From the NCBI GenBank assembly GCA_964016885.1, contig OZ024743.1:142414001-142478000 (forward strand): a stretch of 64,000 nt of DNA. The letters run 5' to 3'. This DNA is from Eledone cirrhosa. Taxonomy: Eukaryota. The translations under genes and the position numbers were made by a program. Every line of letters starts with the position of its first letter. Position 1 is the first letter of the stretch. The notes beneath the pieces are model-generated. The model saw only the letters and a program-made list of their open reading frames with translations, searched no databases and was not told the origin of the DNA. This document shows positions 1-15,000 of this stretch, one piece after another.

Positions 1-3000
1 CCAAGCACCAAGCACCAAGCACCAAGCACCAAACACCAATCACCAAGCCCCAAGCACCAAACACCAAGCACCAAGCACCAAACACCAAACACCAAGCACC
101 AAGCACCCAGAACCAAGCACCAAGCACCAAACACCAAACACCAAACTACCAAGCACCAAGCACCAAACACCAAACACCAAGCACCAAGCACCAAGCACCA
201 ATCACCAAAGAGCAAACACCAAGCCCCAAGCACCAAACACCAAACACCAAACACCAAATAGCAAACACTAAACACCAAACACCAAACAGCAAACACAAAA
301 CACCAAATAGCAAACACCAAACACCAAACACCAAACACCAAACAGCAAACACCAAACACCAAACACCAAACACCAAACAGCAAACACCAAACAGCAAACA
401 CCAAACAGCAAACAGCAAACACCAAACACCAAACACCAAGCACCAAGCACCAAGCACCAAACAACAACACCAAGCACCAAGCATCAAACACCAAGCACCA
501 AGCACCAAACACCAAACACCAAGCTCCAAGCACCAAACACCATACACCAAGCACCAAGCACCAAACACCAATCACCAAGCACCAAGCACCAAACCCCAAG
601 CACCAAACACCAAGCACCAATCACCAAACACCAAACACCCAGCACCAAGCACCAAACACCAAGCACCAAGCACCAAGCACCAAACACCAAGCACCAAGTA
701 CCAAACACCAAACACCAAGCACCAAGTACCAAACACCAAACACCAAGCACCAAGCACCAAACACCAAACACCAAGCACCAAGCACCAAACACCAAACACC
801 AGGCTCCAAGCACAAAACACAAAGCACCAAGCACCAAGCAACAAACACCAAACACCAAGCACCAAACACCAAGCACCAAGCCCCAAGCACCAAACACCAA
901 GCACCAAGCACCAAACACCAAGCACCAAACACCAAGCACCAAGCACCAAGCACCATGCACTAAACACCAAGCACCAAGCACCAAACAGCAAACACCAAAC
1001 AGCAAACACCAAACAGCAAACACCAAACAGCAAACACCAAACACCAAGCACCAAGCACCAAACACCATACGCCAAACACCAAACACCAAGCACCAAGCAC
1101 CAAACACCAAGCACCAAGCACCAAAGACCAAACACCAAGCACCAAGCACGAAACACCAAGCACCAAGCACCGAGCACCAAACACCAAACACCAAACACCA
1201 AGCACCAAGCACCAAACACCAAACACCAAGAACCAAGCACCAAACACCAAATACCAAGCACCAAGCACTAAACACCAAACACCAAGCACCAAACACCAAG
1301 CACCAAGCACCAAGCACCAAGCACCAAACACAAAACACCAAGTACCAAACACCAAACAGCAAACACCAATCACCAAACACCAAACACCAAACAGCAAACA
1401 CCAATCACCAAACACCAAACACCAAACACCAAACAGTAAACACCAAACACCAAACAGCAAACACCAAACACCAAACACCAAACAGCAAACACCAAACAAA
1501 CAGCAAACAGCAAACACCAAGCAGCAAACACCAAACACCAAACAACAAATGCCAAACAGCAAACGCCAGCCACCAGATGCCAAACAGCAAACGCCAAACA
1601 GCAAACGCCAAACAGCAAACACCAAACACTAAACAGCAAACACCAAACACCAAACACCAAATAGCAAACACCAAACAGCAAACACCAAACAGCAAACACC
1701 AAACAGCAAACACCAGACAGCAAACAGCAAACTCCAAACACCAAACACCAAGCACCAAGCACCAAACACCAAGCACCAAGCAACAAGCACCAATCACCAA
1801 GCACCAAGCACTAAACACCAAACACCAAGCACCAAGCACCAAGCACCAAACAGCAAGCACCAAGCACCATGCACCAAACGCCAAGCACCAAGCACCAAAC
1901 ACCAAGCACCAAGCACCAAGCACCAAACACCAAGCACCAAAGACCAAGCACCAAATACCAAGCACCAAGCACCAAACACCAATCACCAAGCACCAAGCAC
2001 CAAACACCAAGAACCAAACACCAATCACTAAACACCAAACACCAAGCACCAAGCACCAAACACCAAACACCAAGCACCAAGTACCAAACACCAAACACCA
2101 AACACCAAGCACCAAGCACCAAATCCCAAGCACCAAACACCAAGCACCAAGCACCAAACACCAAACACCAAGCACCAAGCACCAAGCATCAAATACCAAA
2201 CGCCAAACACCAAGCACCACACATCAAACACCAAGCACCAAGCACCAATCGCCAAGCACCAAGCACCAAGCAACAAACACAAAGCACCAAGCACCAAGCA
2301 CCAAGCACCAAGCACCAAGCCCCAAACACCAAGCACCAAGCACCCAACACCAAACACCAATCACCAAGCACCAAAGAGCAAACACGAAGCCCCAAGCACC
2401 AAACACCCAACACCAAACACCAAACATCAAACACCAATCACGAATCACCAAACACCAAACACCAAACATCAAACACCAATCACGAATCACCAAGCACCAA
2501 ACACCAAACACCAAGCACCAAGCACCAAGCACCAAACACAAAACACCAAGCACCAAGCACTAAACACCAAACACCAAGCACCAAGCACCAAGCACCAAAC
2601 ACCAAGTACTAAGCACCAAGCACCAAACACCAAGCACCAAGCACCAAACACCAAACACCAAGCACCAAACACCAAGCACCAAACAGCAAGCACCAAGCAC
2701 CAAGCACCAGACACAAAGCACCAAGCACCAAACACCAAACACCAAGCACCAAGCACTAAACACCAAACACCAAGCACCAAGCACCAAGCACCAAGCACCA
2801 AGCACCAAACACCAAGCACCAAGCACCAAGCACCAAGCACCAAGCACCAAACACCAAACACCAAGCACCAAGCACCAAACACCAAACACCAAACACCAAG
2901 CACCAAGCACCAAGCACCAAACACCAAGCACGAAGCACCAAGCACCATGCACCAAACACCAAGCACCAAGCACCAAACAGCAAACACCAAACAGCAAACA

Positions 3001-6000
3001 CCAAACACCAAACACCAACCAGCAAACACCAAACACCAAACACCAAACAGCAAACACCAAACAGCAAACACCAAACAGCAAACACCAAACACCAAACAGC
3101 AAATGCCAAAAAGCAAACGCCAAACCCCAAACGCCAAACAGCAAATGCCAAACCCCAAACGCCAAACAGCAAACGCCAAGCGCCAAACGCCAAACACCAA
3201 GTGCCAAGCACCAAACACCAAACACCAAGCACCAAGCACCAAGCACCAAACACCAAACACCAAGCACCAAGTACCAAACACCAAACACCAAGCACCAAAC
3301 ACCAAACAGCAAACGCCAAAAAGCAAACGCCAAACCCCATACGCCAAACAGCAAATGCCAAACCCCAAACGCCAAACAGCAAACGCCAAGCACCAAACAC
3401 CAAACACCAAGCACCAAGCACCAAACACCAAACACCAAACACCAAGCACCAAGCCCCAAGCACCAAACACCAAGCACCAAGCACCAAACACCAAGCACGA
3501 AGCACCAAGCACCATGCACCAAACACCAAGCACCAAGCACCAAACAGCAAACACCAAACAGCAAACACCAAACACCAAACACCAACCAGCAAACACCAAA
3601 CACCAAACACCAAACAGCAAACACCAAACTGCAAACACCAAACAGCAAACACCAAACACCAAACACCAAACAGCAAATGCCAAAAAGCAAACGCCAAACC
3701 CCAAACGCCAAACAGTAAATGCCAAACCCCAAACGCCAAACAGCAAACGCCAAGCGCCAGACGCCAAACACCAAGCGCCAAGCACCAAACACCAAACACC
3801 AAGCACCAAGCACCAAACACCAAACACCAAGCACCAAGTACCAAACACCAAACACCAAGCACCAAACACCAAACAGCAAACGCCAAAAAGCAAACGCCAA
3901 ACCCCATACGCCAAACAGCAAATGCCAAACCCCAAACGCCAAACAGCAAACGCCAAGCACCAAACACCAAACACCAAGCACCAAGCACCAAACACCAAAC
4001 ACCAAGCACCAATCACCAAACACCAAGCACCAAGCGCCAAGCACCAAACACCAAACACCTAGCACCAAGCACCAAGCACCAAACACCAAGTACCAAACAC
4101 CAATCACCAAGCCCCAAGCACCAAACACCAAGCGCCAAGCACCAAACACCAAACACCAAGCACCAAGCACCAAACACCAAACACCAAGCACCAATCACCA
4201 AACACCAAGCACCAAGCGCCAAGCACCAAACACCAAACACCTAGCACCAAGCACCAAGCACCAAACACCAAGTACCAAACACCAATCACCAAGCCCCAAG
4301 CACCAAACACCAAGCACCAAGCACCAAACAGCAAACACCAAACACCAAACGCCAAAAAGCAAACGCCAAACCCCATACGCCAAACAGCAAATGCCAAACC
4401 CCAAACGCCAAACAGCAAACGCCAAGCACCAAACACCAAACACCAAGCACCAAGCACCAAACACCAAACACCAAACACCAAGCACCAAGCCCCAAGCACC
4501 AAACACCAAGCACCAAGCACCAAACACCAAGCACGAAGCACCAAGCACCATGCACCAAACACCAAGCACCAAGCACCAAACAGCAAACACCAAACAGCAA
4601 ACACCAAACACCAAACACCAACCAGCAAATACCAAACACCAAACACCAAACAGCAAACACCAAACTGCAAACACCAAACAGCAAACACCAAACACCAAAC
4701 ACCAAACAGCAAATGCCAAAAAGCAAACGCCAAACCCCAAACGCCAAACAGTAAATGCCAAACCCCAAACGCCAAACAGCAAACGCCAAGCGCCAAACGC
4801 CAAACACCAAGCGCCAAGCACCAAACACCAAACACCAAGCACCAAGCACCAAACACCAAACACCAAGCACCAAGTACCAAACACCAAACACCAAGCACCA
4901 AACACCAAACAGCAAACGCCAAAAAGCAAACGCCAAACCCCATACGCCAAACAGCAAATGCCAAACCCCAAACGCCAAACAGCAAAAGCCAAGCACCGAA
5001 CACCAAACACCAAGCGCCAAGCACCAAACACCAAACACCAAGCACCAAGCACCAAACACCAAACACCAAGCACCAATCACCAAACACCAAGCACCAAGCG
5101 CCAAGCACCAAACACCAAACACCTAGCACCAAGCACCAAGCACCAAACACCAAGTACCAAACACCAATCACCAAGCCCCAAGCACCAAACACCAAGCGCC
5201 AAGCACCAAACACCAAACACCAAGCACCAAGCACCAAACACCAAACACCAAGCACCAATCACCAAACACCAAGCACCAAGCGCCAAGCACCAAACACCAA
5301 ACACCTAGCACCAAGCACCAAGCACCAAACACCAAGTACCAAACACCAATCACCAAGCCCCAAGCACCAAACACCAAGCACCAAGCACCAAACAGCAAAC
5401 ACCAAACACCAAACACCAACCAGCAAACACCAAACACCAAACACCAAACAGCAAACAGCAAACACCAAACAGCAAACACCAAACACCAAACACCAAACAG
5501 CAAATGCCAAAAAGCAAACGCCAAACCCCAAACGCCAAACAGCAAATGCCAAACCCCAAACGCCAAACAGCAAACGCCAAGCGCCAATCGCCAAACACCA
5601 AGTGCCAAGCACCAAACACCAAACACCAAGCACCAAGCACCAAGCACCAAACACCAAACACCAAGCACCAAGTACCAAACACCAAACACCAAGCACCAAA
5701 CACCAAACAGCAAACGCCAAAAAGCAAACGCCAAACCCCATACGCCAAACAGCAAATGCCAGACCCCAAACGCCAAACAGCAAACGCCAAGCACCAAACA
5801 CCAAACACCAAGCGCCAAGCACCAAACACCAAACACCAAGCACCAAGCACCAAACACCAAACACCAAGCACCAATCACCAAACACCAAGCACCAAGCGCC
5901 AAGCACCAAACACCAAACACCTAGCACCAAGCACCAAGCACCAAACACCAAGCACCAAACACCAATCACCAAGCCCCAAGCACCAAACACCAAGCACCAA

Positions 6001-9000
6001 GCACCAAACACCAAACACCAATCACCAAGCACCCAGAACCAAGCACCAAGCACCAAACACCAAGCACCAAGCACCGAGCACCAAACACCAAGAACCAAGC
6101 ACCAAGCACTAAACACCAAACACCAAGTACCAAGCACCAAACACCAAACACCAAGCACCAAGTACCAAACTCCAAACACCAAACACCAAGCACCAAGCAC
6201 CAAATCCCAAGCACCAAACACCAAGCACCAATCACCAAACACCAAACACCAAGCACCAAGCACAAAACTCCAAAAACCAAGCACCAAGCACCAAGCACCA
6301 AACACCAAACGCCAAACACCAAACACCAAGTACCAAGCACCAAACACCAAGCACCAAGCGCCAAAGACCAAACACCAAGCACCAAGCACGAAACACCAAG
6401 CACCAAGCACCGAGCACCAAACACCAAGTACCAAGCACCAATCACCAAACACCAAGCACCAAGCACCAAACACCAAACACCAAGCACCAAGCACCAAACA
6501 CCAAACACCAAGCACCAAGCCCCAAGCACCAAACACCAAGCACCAAGCACCAAACACCAAACACCAAGCACCAAGCACTAAACACCAAACACCAAGCACC
6601 AAGCACCAAGCACCAAGCACCAAGCACCAAACACCAAGCACCAAGCACCAAGCACCAAGCACCAAGCACCAAACACCAAGCACCAAGCACCAAACAGCAA
6701 ACACCAAGCACCAAACACCAAACACCAAGCACCAAACACCAAACACCAAGCGCCAAGCACCAAACACCAAACACCAAGCGCCAAGCACCAAACACCAAAC
6801 ACCAAGCACCAAGCACCAAACACCAAACACCAAGCACCAATCACCAAACACCAAGCACCAAGCGCCAAGCACCAAACACCAAACACCTAGCACCAAGCAC
6901 CAAGCACCAAACACCAAGTACAAAACACCAAACACCAAGCGCCAAGCACCAAACACCAAACACCAAGCACCAAGCACCAAACACCAAACACCAAGCACCA
7001 ATCACCAAACACCAAGCACCAAGCACCGAGCACCAAACACCAAGAACCAAGCACCAAGCACTAAACACCAAACACCAAGCACCAAGCACCAAACACCAAA
7101 CACCAAGCACCAAACACCAAACAGCAAACGCCAAAAAGCAAACGCCAAACCCCATACGCCAAACAGCAAATGCCAAACCCCAAACGCCAAACAGCTAACG
7201 CCAGGCACCAAACACCAAACACCAAGCGCCAAGCACCAAACACCAAACACCAAGCACCAAGCACCAAACACCAAACACCAAGCACCAATCACCAAACACC
7301 AAGCACCAAGCGCCAAGCACCAAACACCAAACACCTAGCACCAAGCACCAAGCACCAAACACCAAGCACCAAACACCAATCACCAAGCCCCAAGCACCAA
7401 ACACCAAGCACCAAGCACCAAACACCAAACACCAAGCACCAAGCACCAAGGACCAAGCACCAAACACCAAGCACCAAGCACCGAGCACCAAACACCAAGA
7501 ACCAAGCACCAAGCACTAAACACCAAGCACCAAGCACCAAGCACCAAACACCAAACACCAAGCACCAAGTACCAAACTCCAAACACCAAACACCAAGCAC
7601 CAAGCACCAAATCCCAAGCACCAAACACCAAGCACCAATCACCAAACACCAAACACCAAGCACCAAGCACCAAACTCCAAAAACCAAGCACCAAGCACCA
7701 AGCACCAAACACCAAACGCCAAACACCAAACACCAAGTACAAAGCACTAAACACCAAGCACCAAGCGCCAAAGACCAAACACCAAGCACCAAGCACGAAA
7801 CACCAAGCACCAAGCGCCGAGCACCAAACACCAAGTACCAAGCACCAATCACCAAACACCAAGCACCAAGCACCAAACACCAAACACCAAGCACCAAGCA
7901 CCAAACACCAAACACCAAGCACCAAGCACCACACACCAAATACCAAGCACCAAGCACAAAACACCAAACACCAAGCACCAAGCACCAAGCATCAAGCACC
8001 AAGCACCAAACACCAACCACCAAGCACCAAACACCAAACACAAAACAACAAGTACCAAGCACCAAACACCAAACACCAAACACCAAACACCAAGCACCAA
8101 GCACAAGACACCAAGCACCAAGCACCAAGCACCAAGCACCAAAAACCAAGCACCAAGCTCCAAGCACCAAACACCAAGCACCAAACACCAAACACCAAGC
8201 ACCAAGCACCAACCACCAAGCACCAAGCGCCAAACACCAAACACCAAGCACCAAGCACCAAACACCAAGCACCAACCACCAAGCACCAAACACCAAGCAC
8301 CAAGCACCAAGCACCAAGCACCAAGCACCAAGCACCAAACACCAAGCACCAAGCACCAAACAGCAAACACCAAGCACCAAACACCAAACACCAAGCACCA
8401 AGCAACAAACACCAAACACCAAGCACCAAACACCAAGCACCAAGCCCCAAGCACCAAACACCAAGCACCAAGCACCAAACACCAAGCACCAAGCACCAAG
8501 CACCATGCACCAAACACCAAGCACCAAGCACCAAACAGCAAACACCAAACAGCAAACACCAAACAGCAAACATCAAACAGCAAACACCAAACAGCAAACA
8601 CCAAACAGCTAACGCCAAAAAGCAAACGCCAAACTCCAAACGCCAAACAGCAAATGCCAAACCCAAACGCCAAACAGCAAACGCCAAGCACAAAACACCA
8701 AACACCAAGCGCCAAGCACCAAACACCAAACACCAAGCACCAAGCACCAAACACCAAACACCAAGCACCAAGTACCAAACACCAAACACCAAGCACCAAA
8801 CACCAAACAGCAAACGCAAAAGAGCAAACGCCAAACCCCATACGCCAAACAGCAAATGCCAAACCCCAAATGCCAAACGGCAAACGCCAAGCACCAAACA
8901 CCAAACACCAAGCGCCAAGCACCAAACACCAAACACCAAGCACCAAGCACCAAACACCAAACACCAAGCACCAATCACCAAACACCAAACACCAAGCGCC

Positions 9001-12000
9001 AAACACCAAACACCAAACACCTATCACCAAGCACCAAGCACCAAACACCAAGCACCAAACACCAAGCACCAAGCACCAAGCACCAAGCACCAAACACCAA
9101 TCACCAAGCCCCAAGCACCAAACACCAAGCACCCAGCACCAAACACCAAACACCAAGCACCAAGCACCCAGAACAAAGCACCAAGCACCAAACACCAAAC
9201 ACCAAGCTCCAAGCACCAAACACCAAACACCAAGCACCAAGCACCAAGCACCAAGCACCGAACACCAAGCACCAAGCACCAAGCACCAAGCACCAAGCAC
9301 CAAGCACCAAACACCAATCACCAAGCCCCAAGCACCAAAAACAAAGCACCAAGCACCAAACACCAAACACCAAGCACCAAGCACCAAACACCAAACACCA
9401 AGCACCAAGCACCAAGCACCAAGCACCAAACACCATACACCAAGCACCAAGGACCAAACACCAAAAACCAAACAGCAAGCACCAAGCACCAAGCACCAGA
9501 CACCAAGCACCGAGCACCTAACACCAAACACCAAGCACCAAGCACTAAACACCAAACACCAAGCACCAAGCACCAAGCACCAAGCACCAAACACCAAGCA
9601 CCAAGCACCAAATGGCAAACACCAAGCCCCAAGCACCAAACACCAAACACCAAACACCAAATAGCAAACACCAAACACCAAACAGCAAACACCAAACAGC
9701 AAACACCAAACAGCAAACACCAAACACCAAACACCAAACAGCAAACGCCAACCAGCAAATGCCAAACCCTAAACGCCAAACAGCAAACGCCAAGCGCCAA
9801 ACACCAAACACCAAGCGCCAAGCACCAAACACCAAACACGAAGCACCAAGCACCAAACACCAAGCACCAAGCACCAAACACCAAACAACAAGCACCAAGT
9901 ACCAAACACCAAACACCAAACACCAAACACCAAACAGCAAACGCCAAAAAGCAAACGCCAAACTCCAAACACCAAACAGCAAATGCCAAGGAACAAACAC
10001 CAAACACCAAGCGCCAAGCACCTAACACCGAACACCAAGCACCAGGTAACACACATCAAACACCGAGCACCAAACACCAAGCACAAAGCACCAAACACCA
10101 AGCACCAAGCACGAAACACCAAGCACAAAGCACCGAGCACCAAACACCAAGTACCAAGCACCAATCACCAAATACCAAGCACCAAGCACCAAACACCAAA
10201 CAGCAAGCACCAAGCACCAAACACCAAACACCAAGCATCAAGCACCACACACCAACTACCAAGCACCAAGCACTAAACACCAAACACCAAGCACCAAGCA
10301 CCAAGCATCAAGCACCAAGCACCAAACACCAAGCACCAAGCACCAAGCACCAAACATAAAACAACAAGTACCAAGCACCAAACACCAAACACCAAACACC
10401 AAACACCAAGCACAAAGCACCAAACACCAAACACCAAGCACCAAGCACCAGACACCAAGCACCAAGCACCAAGCACCAAGCACCAGAAACCAAGCACCAA
10501 GCACCAAGGACCAAACACCAAGCACCAAACACCAAACACCAAGCACCAAGCACCAAACACCAAACACCAAGCACCAAACACCAAACACCAAGCACCAATC
10601 ACCAAACACCAAGCACCAAGCGCCAAACACCAAACACCAAACACCTAGCACCAAGCAACAAGCACCGAACACAAAGCACCAAACACCAACCACCAAGCAC
10701 CAAGCACCAAGCACCAAGCACCAAACACCAATCACCAAGCCCGAAGCACCAAACACGAAGCACCAAGCACCAAACACCAAACACCAAGCACCATGCACCC
10801 AGAACCAAGCACCAAGCACCAAACACCAAACACCAAGCACCAAGCACCAAGCACCAAGCACCAAACACCATACACCAAGCACCAAGCACCAAACACCAAA
10901 AACCAATCACCAAGCACCAAAGAGCAAACACCAAGCCCCAAGCACCAAACACCAAACACCAAACACCAAACAGCAAACACTAAACACCAAACACCAAACA
11001 GCAAACACGAAACACCAAATAGCAAACACCAAACACCAACCAGGAAACACCAAACAGCAAACACCAAACAGCAAACGCCAAACAGCAAACATAAACACCA
11101 AACACCAAACACCAAGCACCAAGCACCAAGCACAAAACACCAAGCAACAAGCGCCAAGCACCAAACGCCAAACACCAAACACCAAACAGCAAACACCAAT
11201 CACCAAACACCAGACACCAAACACCAAACAGCAAACACCAAACACCAAACAGCAAACACCAAACACCAAACACCAAACAGCAAGCACCAAACAGCAAACA
11301 CCAAACAGCAAACACCAAACAGCAAACACCAAACAGCAAACACCAAACACCAAACACCAAACACCAAGCACCAAGCACCAAACACCAAGCACCAAGCAAC
11401 AAGCACCAATCACCAAGCACCAAGCACTAAACGCCAAACACCTAGCACCAAGCACCAAGCACCAAACACCAAGCACCAAGCACCAAGCACCAAGCACCAA
11501 ACACCAAGCACCAAAGACCAAGCCCCAAATACCAAGCACCAAGCACCAAACACCAGTCACCAGGCACCAAGCACCAAACACCAACAACCAAGCACCAAGC
11601 ACCAAACACCAGACACCAAGCACCAAGCACCAAACACCAAACACCAAGCACCAAGTACCAAACTCCAAACACCAAACACCAAGCACCAAGCACCAAATCC
11701 CAAGCACCAAACACCAAGCACCAATCACCAAACACCAAACACCAAGCACCAAGCACCAAACACCCAAAACCAAGCACCAAGCACCAAGCACCAAACACCA
11801 AACACTGAACACCAAGTACCAAGCACCAAACACCAAGCACCAAGCGCCAAAGACCAAACACCAAGCACCAAGCACGAAACACCAAGCACCAAGCACCGAG
11901 CACCAAACACCAAGTACCAGGCACCAATCAACAAACACCAAGCACCAAGCACCAAATACCAGACAGCAAGCACCAAGCACCAAACACCAAACACCAAGCA

Positions 12001-15000
12001 CCAAGCACCAAACACCAAGCACCAAGCGCCAAACACCAAACACCAAGCACCAAGCACCAAACTCCAAGCACCAAACAGCAAACACCAAACACCAAACACC
12101 AACCAGCAAACACCAAGCACCAAACACCAAACACCAAGCACCAAGCACCAAACACCAAACACCATGCACCAAGCACCACACACCAAATACCAAGCACCAA
12201 GCACTAAACACCAAACACCAAGCACCAAGCACCAAGCATCAAGCACCAAGCACCAAACACCAACCACCAAGCACCAAGCACCAAACACGAAACAACAAGT
12301 ACCAAGCACCAGACACCAAGCACCAAGCACCAAGCACCAAGCACCAAAAACCAAGCACCAAGCTCCAAGCACCAAACACCAAGCACCAAACACCAAACAC
12401 CAAGCACCAAGCACCAAACACCAAGCACCAAGCGCCAAACACCAAACTCCAAGCTCCAAGCACCAAACACCAAGCACCAACCACCAAGCACCAAACACAA
12501 AGCACCAGGCACCAAGCACCACACACCAAATACCAAGCACCAAGCACTAAACACCAAACACCAAGCACCAAGCACCAAGCATCAAGCACCAAGCACCAAA
12601 CACCAACCACCAAGCACCAAGCACCAAACACAAAACAACAAGTACCAAGCACCAAACACCAAACACCAAACACCAAACACCAAGCAACAAGCACCAATCA
12701 CCAAGCACCAAGCACTAAACACCAAACACCTAGCACCAAGCACCAAGCACCAAACACCAAGCACCAAGCACCAAGCACCAAACACCAAGCACCAAAGACA
12801 AAGCCCCAAATACCAAGCACCAAGCACCAAACACTAATCACCATGGACCAAGCACCAAACACCAAGAACCAAGCACCAAGCACTAAACAGCAAACACCAA
12901 GCACCAAGCACCAAACACCAAACACCAAGCACCAAGTACCAAACTCCAAACACCAAACACCAAGCACCAAGCACCAAATCCCAAGCACCAAACACCAAGC
13001 ACCAATCACCAAACACCAAACACCAAGCACCAAGCACCAAACACCAAAAACCAAGCACCAAGCACCAAGCACCAAACACCAAGCACCAAGCACCGAGCAC
13101 CAAACACCAAGAACCAAGCCCCAAGCACCAAACACCAAGCACCAAGCACCAAACACCAAGCACCAAGCACCAAGCACCATGCACCAAACACCAAGCACCA
13201 AGCGCCAAACAGCAAACACCAAACAGCAAACACCAAACAGCAAACACCAAACAGCAAACACCAAACACCAAACACCAAACAGCAAACGCCAAAAAGCAAA
13301 CGCCAAACTCCAAACGCCAAACAGCAAATGCCAAACCCCAAACGCCAAACAGCAAACGCCAAGCACCAAACACCAAACACCAAGTGCCAAGCACCAAACA
13401 CCAAACACCAAGCACCAAGAACCAAACACCAAACACCAAGCACCAAGTACCAAACACCAAACACCAAGCACCAAACACCAAACAGCAAACGCAAAAAAGC
13501 AAACGCCAAACCCCATACGCCAAACAGCAAATGCCAGACCCCAAACGCCAAACAGCAAACGCCAAGCACCAAACACCAAACACCAAGCACCAAGCGCCAA
13601 ACACCAAGCACCAAGCACCAAGCACCAAACACCAAACACCAAGCACCAATCACCAAACACCAAACACCAAGCGCCAAACACCAAACACCAAACACCTAGC
13701 ACCAATCACCAATCACCAAACACCAAGCACCAAACACCAAGCACCAAGCACCAAGCACCAAGCACTAAGCACCAAACACCAATCACCAAGCCCCAAGCAC
13801 CAAACACCAAGCACCCAGCACCAAACACCAAACACCAAGCACCAAGCACCCAGAACAAAGCACCAAGCACCAAACACCAAGCACCAAGCACCAAGCACCA
13901 AGCACCAAACACCAATCACCAAGCCCCAAGCACCAAACACCAAGCACCAAGCACCAAACACCAAACACCAAACACCAAACAGCAAACGCCAACCAGCAAA
14001 TGCCAAACCCCAAACGCCAAACAGCAAACGCCAAGCGCCAAACACCAAACACCAAGCGCCAAGCACCAAACACCAAACACCAAGCACCAAGCACCAAACA
14101 CCAAGCACCAAGCACCAAACACCAAACAACAAGCACCAAGTACCAAACACCAAACACCAAACACCAAACACCAAACAGCAAACGCCAAAAAGCAAACGCC
14201 AAACTCCAAACGCCAACCAGGAAACACCAACCAGGAAACACCAAACACCAAGCGCCAAGCACCTAACACCGAACACCAAGCACCAAGTAACACACATCAA
14301 ACACCGAGCACCAAACACCAAGCACAAAGCACCAAACACCAAGCACCAAGCACGAAACACCAAGCACAAAGCACCGAGCACCAAACACCAAGTACCAATC
14401 ACCAATCACCAAACACCAAGCACCAAGCACCAAACACCAAACAGCAAGCACCAAGCACCAAACACCAACCACCAAGCACCAAGCACCAAACACAAAACAA
14501 CAAGTACCAAGCACCAAACACCAAACACCAAACACCAAACACCAAGCAACAAGCACCAATCACCAAGCACCAAGCACTAAACACCAAACACCTAGCACCA
14601 AGCACCAAGCACCAAACACCAAGCACCAAGCACCAAGCACCAAACACCAAGCACCAAAGACAAAGCCCCAAATACCAAGCACCAAGCACCAAACACTAAT
14701 CACCAGGGACCAAGCACCAAACACCAAGAACCAAGCACCAAGCACTAAACACCAAACACCAAACACCAAGCACCAAACACCAAACACCAAGCACCAAGTA
14801 CCAAACTCCAAACACCAAACACCAAGCACCAAGCACCAAATCCCAAGCACCAAACACCAAGCACCAATCACCAAACACCAAACACCAAGCACCAAGCACC
14901 AAACACCAAAAACCAAGCACCAAGCACCAAGCACCAAACACCAAGCACCAAGCACCGAGCACCAAACACCAAGAACCAAGCCCCAAGCACCAAACACCAA

